Shown here in pieces: positions 25,401 to 41,581 of a stretch of DNA of 64,000 bases. Location: the NCBI RefSeq assembly GCF_052425735.1, contig NC_135759.1:42532001-42596000 (forward strand). Direction: 5' to 3'. The notes beneath the pieces were generated by a model. That model saw nothing but the letters and a program-made list of their open reading frames with translations. It was not told the DNA's origin and searched no databases. Numbering within the stretch: position 1 is the first letter of the stretch; the number at the start of each line of letters is the position of its first letter. The stretch is from Oculina patagonica. Taxonomy: Eukaryota. A program made the translations under genes and the position numbers.

Positions 25401-26620
25401 CACGCACGACATTTAACGTAAGCTCAAGCGTTCTTTTTAAGACATCATATTTACACTGATGAAGAGGTTTCCCCGAAACGTCTGTTTTTAAAACAACTAT
25501 CTATGCACTCCAAGAAAACCGTATTGAACATTTATTGTAACTATTGAGTGCTACGCAGCAAAAATCTTTTTATGCTTTTTCACGCCCTGGTCCGATGCTA
25601 TATTCTACCTCTCTTTTGCCCAGTCATTCTATCATTCTGACATTCAACAATCATAGTTTTGCCATTATTGTTATGATTGTCCTTATTCGCTTTTTTACAT
25701 GTCAGGAGGTTTCGTTATTCTTGATGGTAAGACTTTTGACGTCAAAGGACGCTGGGAAGGCAAAAATAACTCAGCACCAATGGGATATGACTTTTGGTAC
25801 CAGCCTCGACACAATGTGATGATCAGCTCTGAATGGGGAACGCCTAGCAATCTTACCAAAGGTTTTAAGGTGGAGGACGTGGCTGCAGGTAAAAACACGC
25901 ACAACATCATCATCATTATCATTATCGTCATTGTCATCAAGTAACAACAATCAAAAATAGCTTTGGGTCCATGCTTTTATAATATCGATCGTGAAAACCA
26001 CATGACAGATGCTGGTCAAGGCAGTTTAGTTTTACATTCGATTAAATTAGGTTTAACTAAATTTAAATTAGATTATTGTTCTGGTAGATCTAATAGTACA
26101 TTAGAGAGGGCCACAAATTTATTAGTTGTAAAACTATCACGTGTAACCCTCTATAATAAAGTTTGATTGATTGATTGATTGATTGATTGACTGATTGATA
26201 CCACAGCAGAAACAATAGGGACCTTCAGATTGGAGTACGAGTACGAGATCGAGTAGGAGTACGACTTTGGAATGTCGATTCAGTCACGTTCTCAGAGCCC
26301 TCACTTCTCCCTGTTGCTTACCAGTTGAAAAGGAAACTATCAGGGCGAGATTAGTGTGAAATGTGACAGTTGACAGCATAAGCACTAGGTTTGAAAAGTC
26401 GTACTCGTACTCAATCTCGTACTCGTACCCTGATCTGAAAGTCCCTAAGAACTGTTTCTTGACAATCTAAGAACAGTAAATACTGATGGGATAACCTTTA
26501 TGTCACACCTGATGTCACTCAGCAGGTGCAGACCAAAAAGTTCATTTAGCGATGGATTGTAATGATAGGTGACTGAAAACCACCTTTTTGTGACGTGGGC
26601 TCCCTGCTAATTCTTTTTTT

Positions 26621-26670
<50 letters not shown>

Positions 26671-29600
26671 GTGGCTGTGGAATATAGGTTAGGTTTCGTC
26701 AAACAACAGAAAAACCGCAGAGTAGGAAACGTGTCCTCCCTAAGTACACGGACTCTTACATTAGGTGTATCACAATATTAAAGTCATTTTTCTGATGTAT
26801 ATACAAAAAATAGATTTCTAAGGTGGGAAAGAAGTATTAATAAACCGAACAGAAACAAGGATGGATGCAATCGAGGAAGATTAAGATCGATCATAAACGA
26901 CAAACTTCATAAAAAAAACGGCTAAGAAAAAGTCTCCATTCGTCTCTGGACTTCACTAGACAATGCACGGGTCAATGCTTTATTACTTATCATTTTACTT
27001 GTCACCAGGCAAATACGGATCTCACTTGCACGTTTGGGACTGGACCTCACGAACCATTCAACAGACAATAGACTTGGGAGTGGGCACCATTCCCCTGGAG
27101 ACAAGATTTCTTCACGACCCTGATCAGCCGCAGGGATTTGTGGGATGCGCGTTAAGCAGCACGGTCGTACGATTCTTCAAAAATGAGGTGAGTCGGCGAC
27201 AATATTCGGGTCGGGCCACCCGGATCTATCAAGCTGAACAACCATTAGGGATATTTTGTGTATCTGAAGAAGTTCATGTTCGATTGATTTGTTTAAGGAA
27301 AAGACTTGGAGTGCAGAAACCGTAATCAGAGTTCCAAGCAAAAAAGTGGAAGGCTGGGCTCTACCAGAAATGCCAGGTGAGTCATTGAAACACTACTCGT
27401 CCCATCCTCGGAGACCCATCGGGAAGACGGGATTTTCGGGCGATAGTTTACATCGCTCGAAAAACCCGTCGTCCCGATAAGCTGCCCGTCGCCCCGACTA
27501 ACTGCCCCTGGGTCTCCGAGGATATACTCGTCCTTGCAGGCATTGATTTAGCATTAAGTGGTTTGCATCAAACTGTCTGCGTTATTTTGAATTTATTACG
27601 ATTTTAAGAAAAAAAAGACGAAATGTTTGAGTTTCAAAGACATGTTTTGACAGATCTTCTGGTTGGAAATTATCAGCGGGTGAGATTCAGCACAAGAAAT
27701 AAGGGGACTTATTTTCTCTTAGTTTCAGTAGCTATAAGTGGTCAAAACGGGGCATATAAATTGGAACAGTGAGTAACAAACGAATCAAAAAGCTATAGAT
27801 ATGCAATTAATTTAACAAGAGTTAATAAAACAGGAGTCTAGTTTCTTTTGAGATAAATTTCTTTTCAGTAAATTATGGTCAATCAATCAGTCTATCAATC
27901 GTACATTGCAACTTATGCCGTTCGAGAGTCCTTTTAAAACTAGATACCAACACTGTATATTGAAATAATACTAAAATTAACAGAAAAAACTTTTCTTTGA
28001 GGTTACTTATCGTACCACGGCGATATTTTCCCTACAGGTCTGATAACAGACATTCTTCTCTCGTTGGACGACAAATACCTGTATCTAAGCAACTGGCTTC
28101 ATGGAGACATAAGACAGTATGATGTCACAGACACCAAAAATCCAAAACTGGTTGGGCAGGTATGCACATTAAAACGAAGTCGGGTTATCTCAAACTTATC
28201 TTAAAACTAACGTGCACAGGTAACAAAAGCCCGAACAATACTTTATCATATCTTGTATGGAAAGTATTTGAAGCTAGCCATACTTATATTGCCAAACTGT
28301 ACCTCACTGGAAGAGGGTACAATCGCTATGCGGAGGCTTGCCGTACACGTGTTTAGAAAACTTGGAATTCTTTATTCGAGTAGCTTGTAAGTAATAACCT
28401 TCTCACACTTCAACAACAACAACAACAATAACAAGCTTTATTTGCATGACTGTAAATCTTATAAAAAATGGACACATATAAAATTAATTACATTGATAGC
28501 ATTTTGTTACGTGAATCAAAACAAGTTCATGATACAAAAATTCATCAATTGCTTGCAGTGTTAACTACCAAACGTCGCATATCACAAAATGCCGGTTATT
28601 GTCCCTGAACTAAAACAACTTTTTGAGAGGTTTTGGGGTGGGCTTATAACGTCTGGTAGCTTGTGTTTGGGGCGGCTTATAAGCCCTCACTGCCGAGTAG
28701 ATTTAGGTCTCAGTGTGCGAAAGGTTGCTGCTTTTTCAACTGATCTTAGCTAGTTTCTTGGAATAGCAAAACGTTACCGAGTCACCTTCGTTTTTTTAAT
28801 TTTGTTTTCAGATCTTTATCAATGGTAGCATAGTCAGTGATGGTCCAGTGAAGGTGACTGAAGACTCTGAGCTGAGTGCACAGCCTGCGCCGTGTTATGT
28901 GAAGGGAAAGCGAGTGGAAGGAGGACCACAGATGATTCAGCTCAGTTTGGATGGCAAACGGCTTTACGTCACAACATCGTTGTACAGTGTGTGGGACAAT
29001 CAGTTCTACCCTAATCTCTCCAAGTAAGTTCAAGTGAAACTGCTCTGGTTCAAGAGAGGATAATCTGAGAGAAGGATTCCTCCGTACATGGAACTTTTCC
29101 TATGATAGATTTTTGAAATCTATTTTTATTCTCCAGTCCACGACTAGGTATTTTAAAAGCGCTACCTGGACTACTCAACTCGAGTGGTGTTATCAACTGC
29201 TTGACTCTCGACTGGCTTTGTTTCTTGATTATAAGCTCTCACCCAGTGGGCTTAACTTTGCATTTTGCTCTCAAAAAGCAAGTTTGAGCCAGTTTTGTGT
29301 TTAACCGATGGACTTGAAATTCTTCAGACGAACATTCACTTTTAGATACAAGTCCGACCATTTTTAAAATGCAACGCTGTGAAAAATAAAAGCCCACCAA
29401 AAAGCGTTTTGAAAGATAAAGGTTAATTTAGCCGAGGTTATTGTTAATGCCTGTAATTTAAACTATATGATGAAGTCTATGATATTTTAAATTTTATAAA
29501 AAAGGCCATCCTTAATCCGAATAAGTGCACAACCTAAAGCCGGGTTCCTGACAATTCTTTATCGAGCTTCATTCAGGGACCGCGAAGCCGGGGGAGCTGT

Positions 29601-29959
29601 GGCCCCCAATATTTCCGAAAATTTGAAGACTTACTAAGAGAAGAGTCTCTAAAACTCCCCACTTCAAGTCACCAGTCAGCCCCCCATTTGGAAAATTGTT
29701 CCTCTGTCCCTGTCATTGACGGTTCGAAAAAGTGCAACCGATCTTTGTGCTTGTTCTATTTTAAAACTGCATCCCTGTTGCTATTTTTTTATATAGGAAA
29801 GGCAGCATGTTGTTGCAAGTGGACGTTGACTCAGTGAATGGCGGGCTCAAGTTGAATCCTGATTTCTGTGTGGACTTTGGAGAAGAGCCTGACGGTCCAG
29901 CACTCGCTCATGAAGTTCGCTATCCGGGGGGAGACTGCTCCTCTGACATATGGCTTTAA
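19430..29959 (+). CDS. SELENBP1: Methanethiol oxidase / selenium-binding protein 1, 11 exons: 19430-19439, 20713-20876, 21887-21957, 22261-22375, 24858-24978, 25706-25888, 27009-27187, 27298-27376, 28038-28159, 28812-29023, 29797-29959
   Basis: Spliced translation follows SBP56 throughout: [107 protein letters not shown]. All introns GT-AG with compatible phases. The 10-nt first exon is inferred. Confidence 0.95.
21480..21719. mobile_element. MITE with GAGGCCCTG TIRs and 6-bp TSD (GTAAAA)
   Basis: GAGGCCCTGCCAGG ... CCTGGCAGGGCCTC; the empty site GGTAAAATGATGTG is visible in repeat copies 1 and 2. Confidence 0.85.
22605..22967. mobile_element. MITE with long TIRs and GCAACA/TGTTGC repeats
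   Basis: GGCCAAACGCACGCAACATTTCAACGCAACA ... TGTTGCGTTGAAATGTTGCGTGCGTTTGGCC. Confidence 0.8.
23179..23559. mobile_element. Fold-back element with ~170-bp inverted arms built of AGGATCATCCTAG repeats
   Basis: ~23205-23375 is the reverse complement of ~23388-23559; located in SELENBP1 intron 4. Confidence 0.8.
23973..24157. repeat. 80-bp tandem repeat, ~2.3 copies
   Basis: ACTGTAT(G/A)AGGTGC.CCACCCGCCA recurs at 23973, 24053 and 24133. Confidence 0.85.
25453..25485 (+). ncRNA. Minimal hammerhead motif in a Penelope pLTR remnant (~25290-25530), SELENBP1 intron 5
   Basis: ACA-CUGAUGA-A-GAGG-UUU-CCCC-GAAA-CG-UC-UGU; one mismatch in helix II; GUC cleavage triplet. Confidence 0.65.
26030..26199 (+). 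mobile_element. Probable LINE 3' end with (ATTG)n tail
   Basis: ATAATAAAGTT followed by ~9 ATTG units. Confidence 0.5.
26218..26447. mobile_element. MITE with GAGTAC subterminal repeats
   Basis: AGGGACCTTCAGAT..GAGTACGAGTACGAG ... CTCGTACTCGTAC..ATCTGAAAGTCCCT. Confidence 0.75.
26613..26670. repeat. poly(T) plus (TTA)n microsatellite
   Basis: Directly visible. Confidence 0.9.
27403..27523. mobile_element. MITE with CATCCTCGGAGACCC TIR and 9-bp TSD (TACTCGTCC)
   Basis: Inverted ends and direct 9-mer flanks, about 25 bp downstream of the exon 8 donor. Confidence 0.75.
28411..28555 (-). mobile_element. 3' fragment of the same LINE family as 41945-43560
   Basis: Shared (CAA)n-GCTTTATTTGCATGACTGTAAAT tail and ATTAATTACATTGATAG..TTTTGTTACG segment. 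Confidence 0.7.
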
Positions 29960-31979
29960 AATCCACGAATCCTTCAGTTGAATATATTACTTACCAGAAA
30001 GGGCTCGGAGGCAAATCCCACCCTAATCCATTTGAACTATCAGAGGATTAAAAACACATACCGGACTTGTTATTTTTTCAGTAGTCTCAATAAAATTCAT
30101 ATATTTTTTCTTACTCACGAACATCATTGTAGTCTGCCTTCCCTACAGGGGTCCCTGACAGGTAACATCTTTTCTCTTGAACAGTTATTCTTCGCACAGG
30201 TTGCAAGTTCTTTAAGGGGAGATCTAGTAACTAGAGTGGGCGCCAAAAAGTGACAAATGCTCACTGTGTTGTCCATTCGTTTCACTACCACTTCCTTGGG
30301 AGCGCTAATCTTCGCGGGCCGACAAATTGTCGCGGGTCACGGTAAATTTTCGCGGGTCGCGGGAAAATTGTCAAGTCGTGGGAAGAAATGTCGCGGGCAG
30401 GGTTCGCGGGTAAATTCTGACAGTGTCGCGTGCAGACATTGCTTAGCTGGTTCACACCGTATCTAAAAATTACGTGAAAGCAAAGCGTACCCGTCAACCC
30501 CATTTTTTCTCAATATTTTCCTTTTGATCAAAACTTTCACAAAATTGTCGAACGTGATTGGTTATCATGTCAGCAACCCGATTTAAGCACTAATATGAGA
30601 GTTCACGCTTCATGTATGTAGCTGGACAGTGTCATAGGACTAATAGGATATGCAGTTTTCGCGTTTACATGAGCTCATTTTCTCCGCCAGTCTCTGTGTC
30701 TTTCTCTTCAAGTCAACTGTTATGCTTTTAGTCAATAACTAATGGTTATTTTGTTTCTTGGCATCCCAATTTTTAAATAAATGACCCCCCAGAAATCAAA
30801 TATATTTGCGGTTTGTCGAAGTCCGTATTTCCTGCAGTCCGAGAGTCCTCGCTCTCCGATTAGCCGGGCTTTTGTGGCCCGCTTTGGGAAGGGGAGGGGG
30901 GCGTTGAGGGTTGGTGTGGATGTTTTCATCGCACCCTGTCTGTTTACGGCCCCACAAAGACCTTCTCACATATTTCGTTGTCCTCCCCTTCCCTAACCCA
31001 CAGTCTTACTAAAAGCCAATTAATAAAAAAAAGAAAAATACTGAACACAAAAACAAATCATTGCATCAACACCTTTATTGCCCTGATTACCAGCTTTTAA
31101 CCCCACATTACAAGATATTGTGAAGAAGAAGTCGCGGACAACTCGTTGCCATGGCAACACCGATCATCCCCGGATGTAAATATTACCGTCGGGATTAGCG
31201 ACGTATTTGATCATATTTGAGATGATTCAGACTGTTTGTTCGATTATTTGGGAAGCAGCGCAAAGAACCGACTACATTCTTTTTTTTTTTTTTTTATAAG
31301 AATACAGTTTTTCCGACCCAGGCTAAATATTCTTATTTTTCTGCCGATTTTAGGCTGAAAATATTCTTATGAACAGTATGAACATCTTAGATAATACCGT
31401 TTGACATTTTCGTTTTAGCAAGTATTGGGCAGATCTGTTTCGTGTTACATTGTGCACATGTACCATTGCTTTTCGTTGCAGCCTGGCCGTTTTGGCTTTA
31501 AACAAAGCATTCTTCAAAGAGATATAGTGACGGAAATGAAAATACCTGATTTTGTTTCAACTAAAAACTATATTCTTTTCAAAATCTCAGGCTCGGGTTT
31601 ATTCTTAAAATATTCTTAAAAATTCGCAAATTTCATCCTCGATATCAGTTATAAACTAGATTCTTATAAAATAAAAATAATGTAATGCAGCTAATGGAAT
31701 AAATGGCGAGTGGTTTGGGGCGAGAGAGCGCCTTCTTCCCCACACCCCTCCCCTTATTTTTCGCTCGCCGTTTTTTGCGCTGCTCTCCAACTTACCGAAC
31801 GCCTGGGACAGGAGCTAACAGGCTAATAAAAAAGAATATTGGTCGGCGCGCTTTACAGAACATAACGCGGTTCCTATCCTATATCTCTTACACAACGTGT
31901 TTTATTCACTTTGCTGTATCCGCTGACAAGTCGCGGCTCGGTTCTTGATTTTGTGATTCTTCTGATTCTTCGGCTTGCG

Positions 31980-36271
<4,292 letters not shown>

Positions 36272-36487
36272 GTCATTGGCTTTACAGTGTGTCAGCAAGT
36301 TAACCTCTGTTTTACTTGGCTTAGTGAATAAGATGATTTTCATGTTCTTGCTGTTACATGTATTGTAGTCTGAGGTGAACGTATGAAAATAATTATTTCC
36401 AAGTACAATTGACACAAAATAGTTTAGTTATTTCACTTGCATAAAGTTCCATTTCAAACAAAAGGAAATGTTTTCTACAGTCAACAC

Positions 36488-37449
36488 GGGGTGTCTGGAA
36501 AACCCGAATAGCGAATAGTCGAAATAGCGAATAGTGAATAGTCGCGAATAGTGACGAATAGTCGCGAATAGTGACGAATAGTCGCGAATAGTGATGAATA
36601 GTCGCGAATAGTGACAAATAGTCCGAATAGTGCGGCCGGTGTGGAGGGGGGAGGTTGAAAAGTCGCGAATAGCGACAAATAGTCGCCGTGAATAAGCCTA
36701 CAGGGTTTCTACAAAAGTTACCGCCACGTGCACAGAGCAATCTAGAAGTTTAAGCAAATTATATATCATATGCTTGTCCGCGCACTCTAAAAGAGAGTGC
36801 AAGTCAAGATGTAACTATATGAATCACTTTTATTGATCTATTAAGCCTATATCTCTGTCAATGCCGACCGACCGTAAACTGTATTTGCTCACATTTCATT
36901 CTCATGAATCGCGATCCGAGGCACGTTCTATCAGCAAAACAATAAAATACAAATACCGGTAAGAGAAAACTGTTCTATAATTAGTTTATCGATGTGAAAA
37001 GACAATAGAAGTTGTGTTATAAAAAACAACAACGCCAAAGCTAGTCATATTTGCAGCCGTTGTTTAGGCTCGTCACGCAACGCTTGCTTCAATTAATTTT
37101 ATTACTCTGCCTGGGGCTGTCGATCACCAGCAAGAAGACAAAAAAACACAATAAAAAGCTAATGAATACGCTTTTTCAACAGTATAAAACATAAGAAATT
37201 CCGTTTATCATTTATAACGTCTCTTCTACCAAGCATTCATTTTAGCGGGAAAATCTCACGTTGTTGCGAGGTACTGGGAACTACATGTCTCCATGTCTCT
37301 AATTCATCACTATTCGTCACTATTCACAACCATTCGTCACTATTCGTCACTATTTGCGACTATTCGTCACTATTCGCACCATTCGTACTATTCGCTATTC
37401 GCGACTATTAGTTAACTACTATTCGCTATTCGCGTTTTCCAGACACCCA
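36488..37449. mobile_element. Non-autonomous DNA transposon with GGGTGTCTGGAAAAC TIRs and ~11-bp CGAATAGT subterminal arrays
   Basis: Inverted ends, mirrored CGAATAGT/ACTATTCG arrays, flanking TCAACAC direct repeat; just downstream of the HINT2 stop. Confidence 0.85.
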
Positions 37450-38654
37450 TCAACACACTCATAAGAAGGGTTCCAGATAAGCTTTAAAGGCAAGGTGTTA
37501 AGAAGGAATTCTAACAGGTAAATAGATAATCATGAGCCTTGCCAAGAAGTTTTCTATTAACTGACTTTGTCAAGCTTCTTTACCTTAGACCCCTCCCCTA
37601 TCTGGAAGTCCCGAACAATGCTCAAGCAGACATGCATGTCTGGGGAACCACTAAAAATTGTCTATTAGAGCCTGAGGTGTTTACCTCAGAGGGACATGAC
37701 TTCGCCCAACACTGAAAATTTGGAACTAACAAACATTCAATCCTGGCCAATAGTCTTGGAATATTTCACCTTTTTGCCAACAAATGGTCTTGTCTTCACC
37801 TCTCCCTCCCCACCCCTAACACAATGTTGATGTTGATCCGTCTAGGCTGGGCCCGATATTTCAACATTGCTTTGGGGGAAACGGTGCTCGGTGAAATTAT
37901 TTACAATTTAAGAGAATTGTGTCAATACAACATTTTTCACGACAAGTGTCCCAAGGACTTTCGGCCAGCATTGCTTGTTTTCTCTTCATTTTGTCAGCAG
38001 TTGATTTTCATCAAGCACTTTGAATAGTAAAATTAAGTTGCCATACAAACATATTTTGAACATTTAAATGTATTTTCTTTGTAAAACAAGCACTTCAAAA
38101 GTGTCTCTTGTCTGTGTTAGAGGGGAGTCTTGTTGTAAGCAGTGTCCATTCAAGGGGAGTTGATAGTATTGCTTTACTTGAAATTTGATGCTAAATAATT
38201 ATGTGATACACTGTTATAAAATAATATGGCAACCACAAACTTACAAATGGCAAAGCAACAGAGTCGAAAATCGTAAGATTAGGTAATGATTAGCTTTAGT
38301 ATTGTAGTTTTCAATAAAGAATTTTGATTGAAGACCCTGTTTCATTTGTACATCCACATTGGTTGTGCGGGCTTGCAATCATGGAACTTTTTGACCCTGA
38401 TTGAGGAATTTGATTAATAATTAGTTCAGCTAAGAAATTGTCACGACCAACAACAGAGGTTAAAAATAAATTTATTATGTCCCACCTGACTATAGAGCCT
38501 CCAATGAGAGTGAAACCTATGACTACTGGCATGCTGGTCAGATGTGCTAGCCATTTAGCTGCAGGGAATGCATGTGCGAGTTACAGGGCTCATTTCTGGG
38601 TCATAAGCACTGGAAGCTAAAATTAAAGTAAAACTGCCAAATATCTTAATTGTC

Positions 38655-38900
38655 CACTCCCCAATGGGACTTTTCAGGGCCAATGTAAATAGACACTGAA
38701 ACAAATATTGTAAATGAACATAACAAGGTTAAAAATCCCAACTGGCAGGAGGCAGACCAGTTGGCTATTTACAAACGCAGCCGAGGAGTTGAACTCGGGA
38801 CTACCGCGGACAACACCAGCTAGTGGTCAGGACGGGATTTGAACCTGCAGCCTCCGTAATTCAAATCCAGCACTCTAACCACTCGGCCACGCTGCCTCCT
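38655..38900 (-). mobile_element. tRNA-derived SINE
   Basis: Minus strand reads AGGAGGCAGCGTGGCCGAGTGGTTAGAG (A box) ... GGTTCAAATCC (B box), then a second B-box-like GAGTTCAACTCC and a body segment. Confidence 0.75.
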
Positions 38901-39698
38901 TTATTTCCTCCTTTTATTGAACATAAAAGTGTTAGCTATTAAGCTTGTTCATGTGTAATCACCAAGGTTGCGGACCGTTTTGGCCGGTACCGATAGAGAA
39001 CTAATTGCCAGCCAATCAGATTTGAGCAGTGTGGGGACGAGATAATGGCGGTAGCCTGCGTGGAAATTCGCCTGTGTTGAGCTGGAAGTGCCTTAGCCTG
39101 AGACAAAAATCATGGATTCTCAAGGATTATATTAAGGGGTCACTTTGCTTAACCACAAAGAAGAGTATACGATTTTTTATCGGGTTAATGATACCAGAGA
39201 TGATTAATTGGTTTATCTCCCTATTCACCCTGCCCTGCTCGCACTCGCTAAAATCCTTTCCCCAAGCTCAAAGCTTTTAAAATATAGCCTTTGTTTTCAC
39301 TTTACTGTAACCCATTTTTTGTAAATTCTTGCTATAATAATTGATCGCAATCGCAGAGGAAAAGACGTTTTCGAAAAATAAGACCACCCGTTGTGTCAGA
39401 AAAATGAATCTTCCAACGGTTTGGGTGAAGCGACCCACGTTTGAAGAATACCTACGTGGAATTTCGAGCCGTCAATAAAACAGAAGACTCAAGCGAGGTA
39501 CGTTATGTTTTATTCAATTACGCTCGTGTTTTCAGGTTTACAAAATCGACTGTTCCTTCCCACAATCTTAAAATTTTGACTGATGCTTTATAACTCGACT
39601 CTTCATTGAAGGCAATCAGTTTAAATTTTGTCAGTTCGGCTAACAAAAAGTAATGAAAATATCAGAAACCGAACTTCTGTATTTTGTTCCCGAGATAT

Positions 39699-40098
39699 CA
39701 GGGGCACCCATCGAGAATATAGTTCAAAACCACTTAAAGATAGCACCGTTGAACGTATTTTAGTATTTAAACGGTAGATATAGCCATTTTTTTATCCCCT
39801 AAAATTTTTTTTATCTGTTCGGATTTCCTAGCTGAAAGTCTAGTGATCCGAAAGTTATAGGGATCAAAACTTACCTTTTCGAAAATTCCAGCCAGAAAAA
39901 GGCTTCCGAAAATTCTAGGTGACCTTTTTAGAGTAAAAAATCCGTTAAAAATGAACAATTATACCATTTTTTAGATATTCGAAAATCCTAGGAAAGGCAG
40001 GCAAGCAAAAAAATTTACAATGAATGTTCCGAAAATTCTAGATCTCAAATCGTCTTCCGAACAGATATTTTAACGAAATATTCCGTTGGGTGCCCCTG
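39699..40098. mobile_element. 400-bp MITE with CAGGGGCACCCA TIRs and AGATAT direct flanks
   Basis: CAGGGGCACCCATCG ... CGTTGGGTGCCCCTG. Confidence 0.8.
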
Positions 40099-41581
40099 AG
40101 ATATTTTGTCAAGTAAAGTAAAGCACTTATTCTTGTTCCTTGAGACCGCAATTCTTTTAGTCAGAACTGAGAATCGAGAAATTTGGCCAGTTATAATTTT
40201 TTGAGCATGCGAAAAGTCTTCATTTTCGATCGCCATGCAAATAAGATACTCTGATCTGGTCTTGTTTTCTCTCGATAGACCGGAATCTGCCCAAAACAAC
40301 TGATGTAATGTAAATCAATGTAAATCGGTGCGCATTTCGGGCGTAAATAGCTTTGGCAGTCGTTTCCACTTTATATATCGAAAATTGCCGCCAAAGTCGA
40401 TTCTTGCCAACTTTAAAATATTATTTTAGACGTTTAAAGATTTCGGTAAACATTATTCTTTTCTTTTTTCTTAAGACCGGGCCCTGGAGAAGAGCCTGCG
40501 TAGAAATCAGTGGAATTTGGGCTACCTGTGATTACAGCGAGCGTGCAGAGTGCCACGATATAAAAATTTTATCATTCCAGTTTCGTCTAACGCAACTGTG
40601 AAACGAGCCTAACTGATATATAGTTCTCACGGATAATTAAGGTATTTGCCTAACGTATTACTGAGCTCAGGTTAAAAATTATAAAATTAATATAAACATG
40701 TTAGACCATGTTAATGCCGATCTGATATCAGTCATAGCGAGTCACGTTCCGCTTAGTGAATTAACTTTAGCTATCAACCCAGGCAAAATAAATACAACAC
40801 CACATTCTGCACTGCCTTCAAATTAACTTCAGGGCAGTCTGAACTGCAAGCTGACATATTAGGAAAAACTTGTAAATGAATTATAAAACCTACGACATTT
40901 CGGAAAATTTCGTTGTTCAAAGAAAATTGCAGCTTCAAAGAAAATTTTAGAAAGGGAATTTTTTAATTAGTCTACACTCGAGCAAATGAAGTGTGTAAAA
41001 GAAAACAAAACTTTATGTATGTTTACACGATCAAATAAATATTGTTAAGGGCACTTTACAAGGAAAACATGTTTTGTGGCGTGATGTCACGAAAATTTTT
41101 CGAGTCATTTGTTAACGTTCAACTAAAAATTATCTTAATTTAGAGAAACTTCACCTAATGGATACTACAGAAATTAGCAGCAAGAATAGAAAATTCAGTA
41201 CACACGAAGTACCACGCGTTCGGCACTAGACACACGATTCGGCAGTAGGTAATTGCGCATGTGTCGAATGTGAAGCACCTTGTTGTTAATCCCATTCTCG
41301 TAACTCGAGTCTTCGTCCCTTCTGTGCACTGGTCAAAGGGAACGAAGACCTTGGGTAGGAGGATGTTAATCCACGACATAGGCGAGAGAAAGCTACTTTT
41401 ATTGATATCGCATGAACTTTGACTTACTTTTTGCGTGAAAGAAAGAGGAAATGAACTAGAAAGTGTGAGAGCGAGGGTGCAGAGTGGTTGGGATGAACAC
41501 TTTCTTATTCCAGTTTTGTCACTCAAGCTAAATGTTGCATGCAACGGCAATGACACATTGGCTCTAATCCAGCTGTCAAGC

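Noticed and set aside
19430-29959. Selenoprotein with UGA recoding or SECIS
   Set aside because: No in-frame TGA noticed in the spliced exons and the gene ends in TAA; eukaryotic SELENBP1 is not a selenocysteine protein.
36393-36740. Repeat-protein ORFs (ATIRDYS..)
   Set aside because: Translation of transposon subterminal repeats.
38820-38900. Genuine tRNA gene (also 35305-35380)
   Set aside because: A and B boxes are present but there is no convincing acceptor stem or cloverleaf, and a SINE-type body follows.
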